A DNA stretch of 64,000 bases, from contig JBBSWH010000005.1 of assembly GCA_038046385.1 (NCBI GenBank), forward strand, positions 32,001-96,000. The letters are read 5' to 3'. The position numbers were made by a program, and so were the translations under genes. The stretch comes from Nanobdellota archaeon. GTDB taxonomy: Archaea > Nanobdellota > Nanobdellia > Woesearchaeales > GW2011-AR4. Under the pieces are notes generated by a model that saw only the letters and a program-made list of their open reading frames with translations, ran no database searches and was not told where the DNA came from. Shown here in pieces: positions 36,931-47,008 of the stretch. Numbering within the stretch: the stretch's first letter is position 1; every line of letters starts with the position of its first letter.

Positions 36931-37997
36931 AAATCCGTCAATTTCTTCTCTGTCTTGTATTTTATGATTGTCGTGTTGCCGTCAGATCCGCCTTCTGTCT
37001 TTTCAGTGGTTATGAACTTGCTCTTCTCCAGCTTCTCTATTTTTCTTTGGAAGGATTTGTAAACCAGCTTGCCGTTGTTTTCCTGATACAGCTTGAACAA
37101 ATCCCCTATTCTTTTTCCTGAGTTGTTTTTAATTGTATCAAGAATAATATGCTCTTCATTTTCCAGAGATTCAGGATTTTTTATAGTAAACTCTTCTATC
37201 TTTTTCAGTGACTGCTGCGCGTGCTCAAGGATTATCTTTCTTGATGATTTTGATTCTGCAATGTGGGCTGCTTCCTTCATCAGATGGAGCCCTGTCCTTA
37301 AGTCCTGCATTTCAAATGTTTTTTTAGCAACCAATTCAAAAGAATCATCGTCCCACACTCCAGGGTGGAAAGCATACTGGACTCTCTGCTTCAGAATTCC
37401 TTTTGTTTCCTCCTGATTGTATGGCTTGTATTCTATAATTTCCGGCATTAATCGTGATTTTATGCGTTCATCAAGGTTTATCAGCCATTCCTTGTAGTTT
37501 GTGATAAGAATAATTGTTTTCCTGTAAATCTCTTCAAGAATCATGTAAATAAAATCTGGCTCTTCCAGCTTGTCAACTTCATCAAGAATAAAAACAACGG
37601 ATTTCTTGTTAAGTGACTGCTTAACAATGCTGAAAAGCTCCTCTGTTTTTTTGTTCTGTATGAACTTAAATTCCAGCTTCTCGCAGATATAATAAAGTAT
37701 CTTGAAAGTCGTGTTTCTTTGCCAGCAGTTTACATAAATCGGAACAATATCGTCTGTCTGGTCTTCCAGCTCAACAATTATCTGCTTGCATGATACTGTT
37801 TTTCCCACGCCAGGCTGGCCGTAAATGAAAACGTTCTTGCCGCTTTTTTCATTGAACAGCGGCTTGATGCATTCTGCTACGATTCTTTGCTCCCTTTCCC
37901 TGTAAGGTGTTATTTTCGGCTGATAGTCAAACTCCAAAGCTATGTCATTCTTGAAAAGAGTCTCGTTGCTTGCCAGAATGTCCTTAAACAATGCCAT
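36927..37997 (-). CDS. cdc6: Cdc6/Orc1 replication initiation ATPase
   Basis: YQPK..PYRE, GQPGVGKT, YVNC, LDEVD, RIKSRL, winged-helix C-terminus. Confidence 0.92.
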   Translation of the reverse strand: MALFKDILASNETLFKNDIALEFDYQPKITPYREREQRIVAECIKPLFNEKSGKNVFIYGQPGVGKTVSCKQIIVELEDQTDDIVPIYVNCWQRNTTFKILYYICEKLEFKFIQNKKTEELFSIVKQSLNKKSVVFILDEVDKLEEPDFIYMILEEIYRKTIILITNYKEWLINLDERIKSRLMPEIIEYKPYNQEETKGILKQRVQYAFHPGVWDDDSFELVAKKTFEMQDLRTGLHLMKEAAHIAESKSSRKIILEHAQQSLKKIEEFTIKNPESLENEEHIILDTIKNNSGKRIGDLFKLYQENNGKLVYKSFQRKIEKLEKSKFITTEKTEGGSDGNTTIIKYKTEKKLTDF

Positions 37998-38052
37998 ATA
38001 GGCTGAAACTTAAACTTGGTTTATAAATTTTTGTTAAAAGAAATAAAATAAA

Positions 38053-38364
38053 TTAATTCAGCCTTCTTCCGCACCTTGAGCAGAAATTGTCATGCGCTCT
38101 TGCAGAGTTGCTGCAGTAAGGGCACCTTTTCATGCTTTGATTATTTTGATGGGTTGGTTGCCTGTGCATGGTTTGAGGAGTTTGATGGTGCAACGGCTTT
38201 TCTTCCTTTTTTCCGGAAGAAAAAATCATTTTGATTATCCCGATAAGAATGAACAGTATTCCGACATAAAAAAAGAATAAAAATTTATCATAGTTTATTT
38301 TCCATGACACAGAAGACAGGAGGAAGCCTGCAAGCATGTAGACAATCCAATGTATTTTTGCCAT
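38053..38364 (-). CDS. Membrane protein with C-terminal zinc ribbon
   Basis: Two TM helices; CPYC...FCSRCG. Confidence 0.75.
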   Translation of the reverse strand: MAKIHWIVYMLAGFLLSSVSWKINYDKFLFFFYVGILFILIGIIKMIFSSGKKEEKPLHHQTPQTMHRQPTHQNNQSMKRCPYCSNSARAHDNFCSRCGRRLN

Positions 38365-38372
38365 TTATTCCC

Positions 38373-39653
38373 TTATTTCTCTCTTTTTCCTATAACTTTC
38401 TTTCCAAGATATTTCTGCAGAACCTTTGGCACTTTTATCGTGCCGTCTTTCTGCTGGTGATTTTCAATAATTGCTCGCAAAGCTCTGCTTGTTGCAATTG
38501 CGGTGCTGTTTAAAGTGTGGACATATTCTTTTTCGTTGTCTTTTCTGTATTTTACATTTAATCTTGTTGCCTGATATGCTGTGCAGTTTGAGCATGAAAC
38601 AACTTCCCTGTACAAATTCTCGCGGGGGAACCATGCCTCAATGTCATATTTCTTTGCAGCAACAATTCCGATGTCACCTGTGCATACATTAACAACTCTG
38701 TAAGGGATTTCAAGTTTTTGGAATATCTCTTCTGCATTTGCAAGCAACTCTTCGTGGAATTTCCATGAATCTTCAGGCTTGCAAAAGATAAACTGCTCAA
38801 TCTTGTTGAAGTGATGAACTCTGAAAATTCCTTTTGTGTCAATGCTGTGGCTTCCCAATTCTTTTCTGAAGCAAGGGCTGCAGCCGGCAAATTTCAAAGG
38901 CAGCTTTTCAGGATCGACAACTTCGTTCATCAGCATGGCTGCAATCGGATGCTCTGATGTTGCAATCAGCATCAAATCTTCCCCTTCAATCTTGTACATC
39001 ATTGTCTCAAAATCTTTCAAATCTGTGACGCCTTCATACGGCTTGCGCCGCATCATCAAAGGAGGCTGAATCATTGTGTAATCTTTTTCTGAAAGCAGGT
39101 CTATTGCAAAATTTGTCAGCGCAAGCTCAAGCCTTGCGATGTCTCCAATAAGATAATAAAAACCATGGCCGGAAACTTCAGCAGCTTTTTCAAAATTCGC
39201 CAGTCCCAACTCCTGCAAAAGTTCTCCATGAGACTTCAGTTCAAAGTCAAACTTAGGCTTTTCTCCGTGAGTCTTGACAACTTTGTTGTCTTCTGAGTCT
39301 TTTCCAGTTGGAACGCTGTCATGCAGAATGTTTGGAAGGCGCATCATGTAATATTCTACTTTTGTTTTTAATTTTTCAAGCTGCTCATCGCTCTGCTTTA
39401 CTTTTTCCGGAAGCTCTTTTGCTTCCTGCACTTTTTCCTTGAAGTCCTTGCCTTGTTTTCTAAGAACATTGATTTCTTCTGTTATCTCGTTTCTTCTCTG
39501 CCTTAGCTTCTGGTTTTCCTGCAGCAATTTTCTGTAGTCAACGTCTGATTTTAACAAATCATCCAGCCATGCAAGCTTTTCCTTGTCGTTTCTCTTTTGA
39601 AGATCTTTCCTTACAATTTCAGGATTTTCGCGTATGAATCTTATGTCTAACAT
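38373..39653 (-). CDS. serS: Serine--tRNA ligase
   Basis: MLDIRFIREN, ATSEHP, CFRKE, FRVHHFNKIEQF, EVVSCSNCT, HTLNST. Confidence 0.97.
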   Translation of the reverse strand: MLDIRFIRENPEIVRKDLQKRNDKEKLAWLDDLLKSDVDYRKLLQENQKLRQRRNEITEEINVLRKQGKDFKEKVQEAKELPEKVKQSDEQLEKLKTKVEYYMMRLPNILHDSVPTGKDSEDNKVVKTHGEKPKFDFELKSHGELLQELGLANFEKAAEVSGHGFYYLIGDIARLELALTNFAIDLLSEKDYTMIQPPLMMRRKPYEGVTDLKDFETMMYKIEGEDLMLIATSEHPIAAMLMNEVVDPEKLPLKFAGCSPCFRKELGSHSIDTKGIFRVHHFNKIEQFIFCKPEDSWKFHEELLANAEEIFQKLEIPYRVVNVCTGDIGIVAAKKYDIEAWFPRENLYREVVSCSNCTAYQATRLNVKYRKDNEKEYVHTLNSTAIATSRALRAIIENHQQKDGTIKVPKVLQKYLGKKVIGKREK

Positions 39654-39694
39654 AGAACTAAATTAATTTAGAATGTATAAAAATGTTTCTTATA

Positions 39695-41470
39695 TTACTC
39701 AGCGGGATTTTCTTCCAATAAAGGACTATAAGCCTGTTCAAAGTACTGCCTAACCATTCTGTGGCTGTTAAACCATGGGGCATTATGCGCAGCAGCCGCT
39801 CTCATGACTCTCGCCCATGCTCTTTTATCATTTTTAAAAAGAGGGACTATTACGTGTTCCAGTTTTCCATATAAATCAGATGTGTCAATCTGTCTGTCTT
39901 CATCTCTTTTTTTTCTTCCGTCAGGCCCCAGTAATTCAACAAAATCCTGTCTGCCCGGCAGCCTTCCTATAGCCCAGCCGGTTACTCCTTCTATTAACCC
40001 TTTAGGCAATGTATATCCAGATACAGGTTCCTGCGGCACAGTCCAGCCGTCAAGTATAGAGAGTTGCGGAACAAGATTTATCGCAGCTTTCATTCCGCTG
40101 TTGCCGGACGCCTCTAAAAGCCTCTCCGGAGTGTTGAGCCAGACATCAGCACCCCTTACTAAATATTTTGCAACCTGCATATCGTAATCTTCCACAAACC
40201 AGATAGGAACTTTTCCTTTTAATTCCTTCATGTAATTGAATATTTGTTGTATAACCTCTTTTCCTGGATTGTCATTTGGATGGGCTTTGCCGGAAAATAC
40301 AAACTGCACATCTGTTCCTAATTTAATTAATCTATCCAAGTCTTCAAAAATAAGGGTAGCTTGTTTGTATGTTGCAAATCTTCTTGCAAAGCCTATTGTT
40401 AATTTATTTGAATCGTAGTCTGCATTTCCCCTTATGCTCTGACTATTATTTAGAAAATGCCCTAGATTTTCTCTGGATAATCTGTGAGCATTCAAAACCT
40501 GATCTTCAGTTAACTCCAGTATTCTTTCAAGCCTTTCAGGATGCAGTCTCCATTCTCTGTTTGTCAAGCTATCATACAGTTTTTGAACCTGGGAAGAAGC
40601 CCATGTTGCAAGATGAACCCCGTTGTCTATGCTATACAATTTGCCCATATTCGGAAAATCAGAAAACATATATCTTGATACTTCAGCATGCAATGGAGAA
40701 ACTCCAAAAGCTTGTGAAGCAAGTGCCATAGCAAGTCTTGCCATGTTGAGATCGCTTGTTCCGGTCAATGAATTCATGTAATCTGAAGAAGGCATTCCTT
40801 CCCCCAATACTTGTTCAGCTAATTGCCTTGAGAATATGTCTAAACCTGCAGGTACTGGAGTGTGAGTTGTGAACACAAAATGCTTCCGTGCTTCTTCAAT
40901 ACTTCCATATTTTGCTATAAGCTCAAGCCCAGCTAAAGCGGCATGGCCTTCATTTGCATGATGCACTTTTATATCTTGATAGCCTAAGGCATCCAGTGCC
41001 CTTACACCGCCCCTGCCTAAAACTTGTTCTTGGGTTAAGCGCCAGTATAGGTGTTCTGATGGATACAAAACGTCGCAAATATCATTATCCCAATTACCTT
41101 CATTATTGCCGTTGGTATCAATGTCTATTAACGGAACAACACTGCCTGTAACTCCCACGATCGGAAGTACCCATGCGCTCAATTTTACATCTCTTCCCTC
41201 AATTGGGACTGAAGTTATCTTTGGATGATAAGTCATCCTTCCGGTTGGGTCAAATCCCCCGTATTCCTCTGTCTGCCACCCGTCAGCTGATAATTTCTGA
41301 TGAAAATTGCCCCTATTATAAAGAAGTCCAACACAGGCTACCGGATAACCCAAATCTGCAAATGATTTAGCACCATCACCTGCGAGAATGCCTAGCCCTC
41401 CTCCAAACGGAAGGCCTTCCTGTCCAAATTCTGCAGAATAATATGCTACCCTAGCATCTTTTTGTAACAA
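39695..41470 (-). CDS. glgP: Alpha-glucan (glycogen/starch) phosphorylase
   Basis: GGLGILAGD, NEGH, FTTHTPVPAG, ARRFATYK, GKAHP, EASGNSGMK. Confidence 0.93.
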   Translation of the reverse strand: MLQKDARVAYYSAEFGQEGLPFGGGLGILAGDGAKSFADLGYPVACVGLLYNRGNFHQKLSADGWQTEEYGGFDPTGRMTYHPKITSVPIEGRDVKLSAWVLPIVGVTGSVVPLIDIDTNGNNEGNWDNDICDVLYPSEHLYWRLTQEQVLGRGGVRALDALGYQDIKVHHANEGHAALAGLELIAKYGSIEEARKHFVFTTHTPVPAGLDIFSRQLAEQVLGEGMPSSDYMNSLTGTSDLNMARLAMALASQAFGVSPLHAEVSRYMFSDFPNMGKLYSIDNGVHLATWASSQVQKLYDSLTNREWRLHPERLERILELTEDQVLNAHRLSRENLGHFLNNSQSIRGNADYDSNKLTIGFARRFATYKQATLIFEDLDRLIKLGTDVQFVFSGKAHPNDNPGKEVIQQIFNYMKELKGKVPIWFVEDYDMQVAKYLVRGADVWLNTPERLLEASGNSGMKAAINLVPQLSILDGWTVPQEPVSGYTLPKGLIEGVTGWAIGRLPGRQDFVELLGPDGRKKRDEDRQIDTSDLYGKLEHVIVPLFKNDKRAWARVMRAAAAHNAPWFNSHRMVRQYFEQAYSPLLEENPAE

Positions 41471-41672
41471 TTTAAATAAAAATTTTTAAAACATCTTAAT
41501 AAATCTTTTGGTTACATAAGAAAAATGATTAATTTATACTTTAAACCCTCAAACTAATTGTCTCTTGATTTTAAAATTGCTTGCTTTCTTCAACACAGCA
41601 AGGCAACTGAGACAAATGGGTGGGGTTTATGTTCCTTTAGAAGAAAGAGTAGCAGCAATAGCCGCCTAAACA

Positions 41673-41767
41673 ACCATCCTTATCTTGTTTTTATTGTTTA
41701 AAGCATCAACAAGCTTTCCGCCTATGTTATTGTTCTTCTTTATTTTTATTACACCGGTTTTTCCGGC
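41673..41767 (-). repeat. 95-bp orphan copy of the 3' end of the PINA gene
   Basis: 94/95 identical to 42475-42569. Confidence 0.9.
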
Positions 41768-41870
41768 GACAGCAAATCTTCTTTGATTATCCGGTCATGC
41801 TTTCCTGTATTAATCCTGGAACCAATGAAGAGTATTCAGGATTGCTTATAGAAAGGTTTCTAGAATTGTG

Positions 41871-42443
41871 TTAGTTATATTCTGGAATTAATTTTCTATC
41901 TATATTTCTAACCTTCCCTATAATCCTTCCATTTTCATATAAACTCAAATTTCTAGATTGTATGGATTGGGTATCACTATCCCACCAAACTAAGCTATCA
42001 TAATTAATGACGGATTCCTGTCCACTTGTATCTTTCAAAACCAAATAATTGTCTGTACCGACATTATCTATAAAACAGTCTGGCTTGATTCCTATATAAC
42101 TCTTGATAACATTGAACTTCATTCCTGATGGAACTTTTTTGAGATGAATGGTGTTATCAACAAAGGCGAACTCAGAAAGGTTATAATAATATAAGGATCT
42201 ATTAATTCTTTGCTCAGTTTTTGCTCCAGGAAGGGTTATTAGTCCCTCAAAATAAAAAACAGGATCGTCAAAAGATAGTGTTCTTCCTTTCAAAAACTCT
42301 GGTAAAGAAATTGTTTTTTCTTTTATTTGGCAATGCCCGAAAAACGAAAACCATAAAAAAATCTTGCTAGAAATATAGATAATCCAAGATATTGAGATAA
42401 TCACTATTAAAATAATTAATATCCATTTGATTATTTTATTCAC
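41871..42443 (-). CDS. Hypothetical membrane-anchored protein between the direct repeats
   Basis: 190-aa ORF, N-terminal TM helix, AT-rich. Confidence 0.65.
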   Translation of the reverse strand: MNKIIKWILIILIVIISISWIIYISSKIFLWFSFFGHCQIKEKTISLPEFLKGRTLSFDDPVFYFEGLITLPGAKTEQRINRSLYYYNLSEFAFVDNTIHLKKVPSGMKFNVIKSYIGIKPDCFIDNVGTDNYLVLKDTSGQESVINYDSLVWWDSDTQSIQSRNLSLYENGRIIGKVRNIDRKLIPEYN

Positions 42444-42467
42444 TAAATAAACACCTAATTAAATATT

Positions 42468-44309
42468 TCAGATTACCATCCTTATCTTGCTTTTATTGTT
42501 TAAAGCATCAACAAGCTTTCCGCCTATGTTATTGTTCTTCTTTATTTTTATTACACCGGTTTTTCCGGCTTTTGCGCTAAGAAGGAATTCTTCTCCAATA
42601 TAAATATCCACATCGCGATTCTGCATATCCACTCCCAATTCTATCATCAGCTGGTTCTTTTTGTATCTGATCTCAAAAGGAACTTCTGCCTGGTCTTTTG
42701 CAGCGCCCTTGACTTCATATTTTTCATCGATGCTTTTGATGTCTATTCCAATGCCCAACTTTTCTTCAATCTTCGTGATGTTTGCGCCCTGCTTGCCTAT
42801 GATTTTTGCAATATCAGATTCAGGGACATAAACCGTGCATTTATTGTCGGATAAAACTTCCACTTCAACATTTCTTGAATAATTATGGAATTCCTGCAGG
42901 ATTGTTGCTTCTGCAAGCTTATGTGTTCCGGTTTTGCTTGATCCTTTTTGAACCGGCACAACAACTGTCTGCTCGCCGTAGCTGTAAATTTCATATTCTA
43001 ATTTATCTGTTTCAAAATCATTTATAACGACAACCGGCCTTGCAAGGTCTGCTTCTGTCATGCCCGACGGGACTTTTACTACCATCTTCAGTGAAAGCAC
43101 CTTGAATACTGCTCCATTCTTTATGAAAACCACAGTATCGATAATCTGCGGAATAACTCCCATCTCAATTCTTCCTAAAAATCGCTGGATTGCATCAACA
43201 GGGGATGTTCCGTGAACTACGCCGACCATCCCAACACCTGCAAGCCTCATGTCTGCAAAAAGCTGGAAGTCTTTTGTGTTTCTCATTTCATCAAATATTG
43301 TATAATCGGGCCTTGAAAGAAGAAGAACATCATGGATTTCCTGCGTGTCGCCATGGGAAATTGAGTATTGAGTTATTGTTTCCGGCAAAATCAAATCTCT
43401 TGGAGACTCGACTGTTTTCACTATCTTGTTTTGTAAAGCATAATATTCTGCAAGAGCCTGCGCAAAAGTTGTCTTGCCCATTCCTGGCGCGCCTGCAACA
43501 AGAACACCTTCTGCTTGACCTGCAACTCTAGTCATTAACTTCTCGCTTAAATTGTAATCTTTTAGGTCGAGTTTTCTTACCGGCCTTACTGCAGTGATTT
43601 CCCATCCGTCGGAAAATGGAGGCCTTGTGATTACTATTCTAAAACTTCCGAGCTGAACAATTGTAGAACCTTGCCTTTCTATTTCTATGAAGCCGTCTTT
43701 TCTTAATTTTGATTCTTCAATTATCTCTCTTGAGATATCTTGTATTTCTTCCTGTTTCAATGGAGCTTTTCTTAGCTGCTTGAATTCCCAATTGCCAGGA
43801 GTTCCTTTTTTTGCGTTTGGAGGCACATTCTCTCGCAAATGCACGCTCATTGTTGTTTCATCAAAGAATTTTTCAAGCTTTAATTTTTTTAATCCTTTTT
43901 CTGATCTTTTGTAATACAATACTTTTATACCGCGTGCAAGCCCGACTTCGCTTTGGATTTTGTCAGATGTGACTAAAGTTGCATCTTCATCATATGCCAA
44001 TTGCCGAATTAATGAATCAATTTCTCCGATTGAAGCGTTCCTTATTTCTGCTGCCTTTGGCCTCGTTCCCTTGAACAAAAGCTCGAAGTTTTTTTCTGAT
44101 GAAAGCTGCTTGATTCTTTTTATTTCATCAAGCCCCAAAAATCCTATTGACTTACCCATATTAGCCTGATGTTCAAGCTCTGCAATTACGGCTTCATGAA
44201 GAATTATCTGGGTTGTTTTGATGCTTCCATTCTTTATCTTGTCAGACAACAAGCCCTCGATTATTACAGAAGTATCCGGAACAATCCTGTCTGCAACTGT
44301 CTCATCCAT
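42468..44309 (-). CDS. PIN-domain ATPase with KH domain (PINA-like)
   Basis: VPDTSVII PIN motif, GAPGMGKT, ESPRDL, DEMR, KIIGKQG KH motif. Confidence 0.92.
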   Translation of the reverse strand: MDETVADRIVPDTSVIIEGLLSDKIKNGSIKTTQIILHEAVIAELEHQANMGKSIGFLGLDEIKRIKQLSSEKNFELLFKGTRPKAAEIRNASIGEIDSLIRQLAYDEDATLVTSDKIQSEVGLARGIKVLYYKRSEKGLKKLKLEKFFDETTMSVHLRENVPPNAKKGTPGNWEFKQLRKAPLKQEEIQDISREIIEESKLRKDGFIEIERQGSTIVQLGSFRIVITRPPFSDGWEITAVRPVRKLDLKDYNLSEKLMTRVAGQAEGVLVAGAPGMGKTTFAQALAEYYALQNKIVKTVESPRDLILPETITQYSISHGDTQEIHDVLLLSRPDYTIFDEMRNTKDFQLFADMRLAGVGMVGVVHGTSPVDAIQRFLGRIEMGVIPQIIDTVVFIKNGAVFKVLSLKMVVKVPSGMTEADLARPVVVINDFETDKLEYEIYSYGEQTVVVPVQKGSSKTGTHKLAEATILQEFHNYSRNVEVEVLSDNKCTVYVPESDIAKIIGKQGANITKIEEKLGIGIDIKSIDEKYEVKGAAKDQAEVPFEIRYKKNQLMIELGVDMQNRDVDIYIGEEFLLSAKAGKTGVIKIKKNNNIGGKLVDALNNKSKIRMVI

Positions 44310-44467
44310 GCATTATATCCGACTATGCACATATATAAAACTTTGGATATTTAATTTATTTACTATATTGATAATAAAAGAATAATTGAATAATTTTAAT
44401 TGTTTACATTATGGCAAATAAATATTTGCCAGATTAAAAATTTATCAATTTTTGATATAGAAAATAA

Positions 44468-46519
44468 CTAGTATGCTGTTCTTTTTCTAAACATAAACAA
44501 CAAAAGAAGAACAAATACTGCAATCCCTATTGATATAGCCGGCAAAATCCACCTATCATCCGAATCAACATTCATGAACAAAAGGATTCTTTGAAGAATG
44601 CTCGCGTTCCACAAGCCAATTGATAATTCTTTTGTCGCTTCATATTTTTTGCCTGTGTCATCTGTGTACAGAATTTGAACATTAAAATCATTCTTTCCGT
44701 ATTTCAATTCTTTTCCGATTGAATTCAAATTAAATTTGCGGTCATTCTCAAGCCTTGCAAGATCCCACTGCGTTTCTATTCCGTTTCTTGTTACTTTCAG
44801 CACAGCGCTTTTCGGCAATGAAGAGGATTTTCTTGCAGCAGTAAAAATTATTGTGAAGTTTTCATTGTATGAAACATTCTGCGGATACTGCAGGTTTTCT
44901 ATTTCTATCTTAGGAATGTCTTTTATTGTAAAGTTGACAAAGGATGACTTTGAGACGATGCTGCTTTTCAAAATGACAGGAATTTCTTTGTAGCCTGTCT
45001 TGCTTTTTTCTATGCCAAAAGAGAAATTTGCCGACTGGGAGATTCCAAGATCAAGGCTTTCGCATTTGTTTTCAAAGCAGACGCTTGCGCCGCTTAAGAA
45101 AACATTCCCGTTGTTTTTTGCACTGCACAGTATTTTTGCATTCTGATACTGGTAAAACTCATTTTTTGTGGCTGCGCATTCCAGTTCAACATTTGCAGAA
45201 TATTTTTTTTCCTTTTCGTCTTCGAATAAATTTGCAAGCTGCTGCATCTCTTCAATATCAAAATAATCTTCTCTCACGCTGGCGACAAAACTTGATTCAT
45301 CTGAAATGTTTTCAAGAGTCCTGACTGCAACCGGAAAAGTATAGGAATATTTTTTATCGAGAGCGCTGCTTACCTGCACTATCCAGAAAACCTTTCTTTT
45401 TTCGAACGGCAAAAGAAGGATGCTTTTTGCCCCATCTCCCATTATTTTGACTTCTTTTGGCTCATTTACGTAAACTTCGGTTGCATAGTAAAAACTGTTT
45501 GTATTTTCTATGTCTGCTTCTATGAGGTTGTAAGAGCCGAGTGCAACTGCTTTTTTGAGTATAGTTATGCTGACTTTTAATGGAATGGTATATGTGCCGG
45601 AATGGCTGACAAGGCTTGTTTTAATTTCCATGTCTTTCGCTTTTAAGTCTGCATTCTTTCCGAGCCACTGATAATATGTTGACGGATCATCAGAATCAAC
45701 AGACTCTTTGAATTTCAGATGTGTTGGGTCTACCCATCCAAACTCGCCGTATGTGACATCAAAAGGAACCCACCCATAGCCAGGAAAATAAACCTCTGCC
45801 CAGCCGTGCGCCCCCCAGCTGTCTGCAAACAATTCTGAATTTGTGTAGGCAATGCCGGATATGAATCTTGCAGGTATTCCAACAGACCTTGCCATTGCAA
45901 TGAACAGAGAAGTCAACTCATCACAAACACCCTGCTTGTTTTCCAGCACCCAAGACGCTTTTTGGCTTATATCTGCTGTGAGCGTGCTTAGGTTATAGTT
46001 TATGTTGTTTTTTGTCCAGCCAGCCAGCTTGAAAACGGCGCTGTACAAATCGTCTTCGCCTTCAACAAGCTGCGATGCCAGCCTGATTATTTCAGGGTCG
46101 TCTGAGTCTATTGTCGGGCTCGGCTTTGTGTAAGGAAGGATATCATCAGGAAGCTTTTGTATTGGGAACGGTATTTTTTCTTTTATCTGGACTATGCTGT
46201 TTGTGGTCTTTACCTGCGCATTAAGATTAAAGCTTATTTTGTCTTCTGGGCTTTTCCATTGAAACTGCAAAACATCATTGTTTTGCTCTGCTTTTGGATT
46301 TGTTTCAAATTTAAGCAATTCCTGATTCTTGTATTCCTTTGGATAGAATGTCAGGTTTATGGTTGCGCTTTCAACATAACCACTAGGAGTTAATTTGACA
46401 ATCTCTATCTGAGAAGCCATTTTGACATCTGCTGTCACAGTCTGGCTGCTGTAGTACCACTGCGCATAGGCTGAAGGAATCAATAATAAAATCATCAAGA
46501 ATACAAGCTCTTTTTTCAT
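44468..46519 (-). CDS. Secreted, membrane-anchored transglutaminase-like protein
   Basis: GVCDEL...ARSVGIPARFISG...HGWAEVY...FDVT. Confidence 0.88.
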   Translation of the reverse strand: MKKELVFLMILLLIPSAYAQWYYSSQTVTADVKMASQIEIVKLTPSGYVESATINLTFYPKEYKNQELLKFETNPKAEQNNDVLQFQWKSPEDKISFNLNAQVKTTNSIVQIKEKIPFPIQKLPDDILPYTKPSPTIDSDDPEIIRLASQLVEGEDDLYSAVFKLAGWTKNNINYNLSTLTADISQKASWVLENKQGVCDELTSLFIAMARSVGIPARFISGIAYTNSELFADSWGAHGWAEVYFPGYGWVPFDVTYGEFGWVDPTHLKFKESVDSDDPSTYYQWLGKNADLKAKDMEIKTSLVSHSGTYTIPLKVSITILKKAVALGSYNLIEADIENTNSFYYATEVYVNEPKEVKIMGDGAKSILLLPFEKRKVFWIVQVSSALDKKYSYTFPVAVRTLENISDESSFVASVREDYFDIEEMQQLANLFEDEKEKKYSANVELECAATKNEFYQYQNAKILCSAKNNGNVFLSGASVCFENKCESLDLGISQSANFSFGIEKSKTGYKEIPVILKSSIVSKSSFVNFTIKDIPKIEIENLQYPQNVSYNENFTIIFTAARKSSSLPKSAVLKVTRNGIETQWDLARLENDRKFNLNSIGKELKYGKNDFNVQILYTDDTGKKYEATKELSIGLWNASILQRILLFMNVDSDDRWILPAISIGIAVFVLLLLFMFRKRTAY

Positions 46520-46576
46520 TTATTGGATTATGATATTTTTGTTTATAAGGTTTGCCATAAATTTAGATTATTTCAA

Positions 46577-46796
46577 ACGCCACTATCGGCGGCTGTCGTC
46601 ACTACGTGACTCGCTTGACACAACTTGAGCAAAGCTCAAGTGTGCAATTGGTAGTAACCAATTTGCACCCCGAATGGGGCGTCCCCCGTCAAGCCAGCGC
46701 CGACGTGGCGTGCGACGAGCCGAGGGACGGCTCCTACGGAGTGGCGAGTAGGATTTTTCACAGGGAAAAATCCGTAGCACCGCCACTGTCGGCGCA
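46577..46796 (+). ncRNA. GC-rich structured element, copy B
   Basis: Homologous to 10231-10448; TTTATAA at 46542-46548, about 30 nt upstream. Confidence 0.55.
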
Positions 46797-46857
46797 AAGA
46801 GAACCTAACATTAATCCAAATAACATTTATAAATGGACTAGATGTACTTACCAGTAT

Positions 46858-46994
46858 GCCGAGGTCGCATAGCCTGGTATTGCGGTGATTTCTGAAAAGA
46901 AACCGTATGATTGCTAGGCTTACGCTTTTTGGAGTAAGTGTTATAAAAATCCACTGTCCGAAAGGATCCGGGGGTTCAAATCCTCCCCTCGGCG
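46858..46994 (+). tRNA. tRNA-Ser(GCT) with two introns (46888-46908 at 29/30; 46917-46948 at 37/38)
   Basis: Removing both gives anticodon arm GTGGA-TTGCTAA-TCCAC; acceptor GCCGAGG/CCTCGGC, G73, long variable arm, TTCAAAT; intron 1 has a BHB (GCGG/CCGT, bulges TGA and ATG). Confidence 0.88.
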
Positions 46995-47008
46995 TTTATT
47001 TTAATAAA

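Noticed and set aside
36927-38052. Replication origin next to cdc6
   Set aside because: Flanking gaps are very short and show no ORB-like repeats
46583-47008. ORFs 46583-46786, 46606-46872 and the N-terminal extension of 46907-47410
   Set aside because: They overlap the structured element and tRNA-Ser; shadow frames
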